Source: Bacteroidales bacterium (GTDB taxonomy: Bacteria; Bacteroidota; Bacteroidia; Bacteroidales; UBA932). From it: a DNA stretch of 59,581 bases. The DNA is taken from NCBI GenBank assembly GCA_024401805.1, contig JAKSKG010000001.1:1-59581 (forward strand), in the 5' to 3' direction. A program made the position numbers and the translations under genes. The notes below the pieces were generated by a model. That model was given only the letters and a program-made list of their open reading frames with translations. It was not told where the DNA came from and made no database searches. This document shows, one piece after another, positions 58,811-59,581 of the stretch (the first letter of the stretch is position 1; each line of letters begins with the position of its first letter).

Positions 58811-59417
58811 TATGGGAAAACAGAGAACGACAACTCTGATTTTAGGGGAAGGGCCAACAGAGTTCTACTATTTTAAATCATTGTGCGAAGTTTTTAAAAA
58901 CTTGACTATCCAGCCTGACTATCCGAAACATACCAGCATAAAAGACCTAGACAAAAAAATATCTGATGGAATTAACGAGGGTTTTCGCTACATATTTTGC
59001 ATCATCGATATGGATAATAAGAGTGAGAATCCAGAGAAAACACGATATGCTTCTTTAAAAGCGAAATACTCGAAACCTATTATTAAGCCAAAGAAAGGAT
59101 TATATTGCGAAGTCAAATTTTTTGAAACGCATTTATGCTCAGAGCTATTTTTTCTCTATTATTTTCGATATTCCACCCGTATGTATACTAGCCAAGATGC
59201 ATTGTTGGAGGATTTAAACCAAAACTGTAACTATCAAAAAAAATGTACATTCTTCAATAAATGTGGTGGTCTCCACAGTTATTTTGAAAGAAAAGGAGGT
59301 AAACTTGAATCTGCGATAACTAATGCAAACAAGTCGAGTGCTGACAGGCAAAAAGAAATAAGGGATTACACATACTCGGAACTAGGGTTTCTTTTTGAGG
59401 AATTGAAAAAGATATGA
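58800..59417 (+). CDS. RloB (AbiLii-like) TOPRIM-like protein
   Basis: ILGEGPTEFYYF, CIIDMD, ELFFLYYF, AITNA, TYSEL; overlaps the ATPase gene. Confidence 0.82.
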   Translation: MKNNMGKQRTTTLILGEGPTEFYYFKSLCEVFKNLTIQPDYPKHTSIKDLDKKISDGINEGFRYIFCIIDMDNKSENPEKTRYASLKAKYSKPIIKPKKGLYCEVKFFETHLCSELFFLYYFRYSTRMYTSQDALLEDLNQNCNYQKKCTFFNKCGGLHSYFERKGGKLESAITNANKSSADRQKEIRDYTYSELGFLFEELKKI

Positions 59418-59526
59418 GTAGATAGTTTTGCATCTATTAGAGAGAGTTACAAATTTCTTTGAGAGCAATAAACAGACGCTCGTAGGAGGCACAAAAGTTC
59501 GATAATTTGGACTTGTAGTCTACTAC

Positions 59527-59556
59527 AGAAGCTTCAGACATTCGTCTGGAGCTTCT
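59527..59556. terminator. Hairpin downstream of rloB, probable terminator
   Basis: AGAAGCTTCAGAC-ATTC-GTCTGGAGCTTCT. Confidence 0.5.
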
Positions 59557-59581
59557 TCCGTTTTGAGGGGGCTCTGCCCCC

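Overview
This is a Bacteroidales chromosome segment, judged from recurring TAnnTTTG -7 promoter elements, a bS22 gene and Bacteroidota-type gene order. An accessory region (~90-15150) follows tRNA-Asn. It carries a WYL regulator with a downstream micro-ORF, two fimbrillin/type V pilus-like lipoprotein units each led by an unannotated ~50-aa YxxP micropeptide, an Rpn-family nuclease, an LRR lipoprotein, a putative DNA-binding regulator, a beta-barrel-like protein, a membrane Ser/Thr kinase, and a junction of two 5'-truncated genes. The middle (~15150-57150) is mostly housekeeping: lon, ung, coaD, ruvC, serS, rplU/rpmA, rpsU, an RND pump, lpxD, proS, tilS, tmk, sppA and hisS. An AT-rich RloA/RloB (AbiL-like) pair follows tRNA-fMet. 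The best candidate for an undescribed system is a 27-bp element present twice (10573-10599 minus, 11885-11911 plus). Each copy lies exactly 14 nt upstream of a TAnnTTTG promoter element, linking the regulator gene to the micropeptide-pilin operon, next to a Hanks-type kinase. All family calls come from motif recognition; no database search was run.
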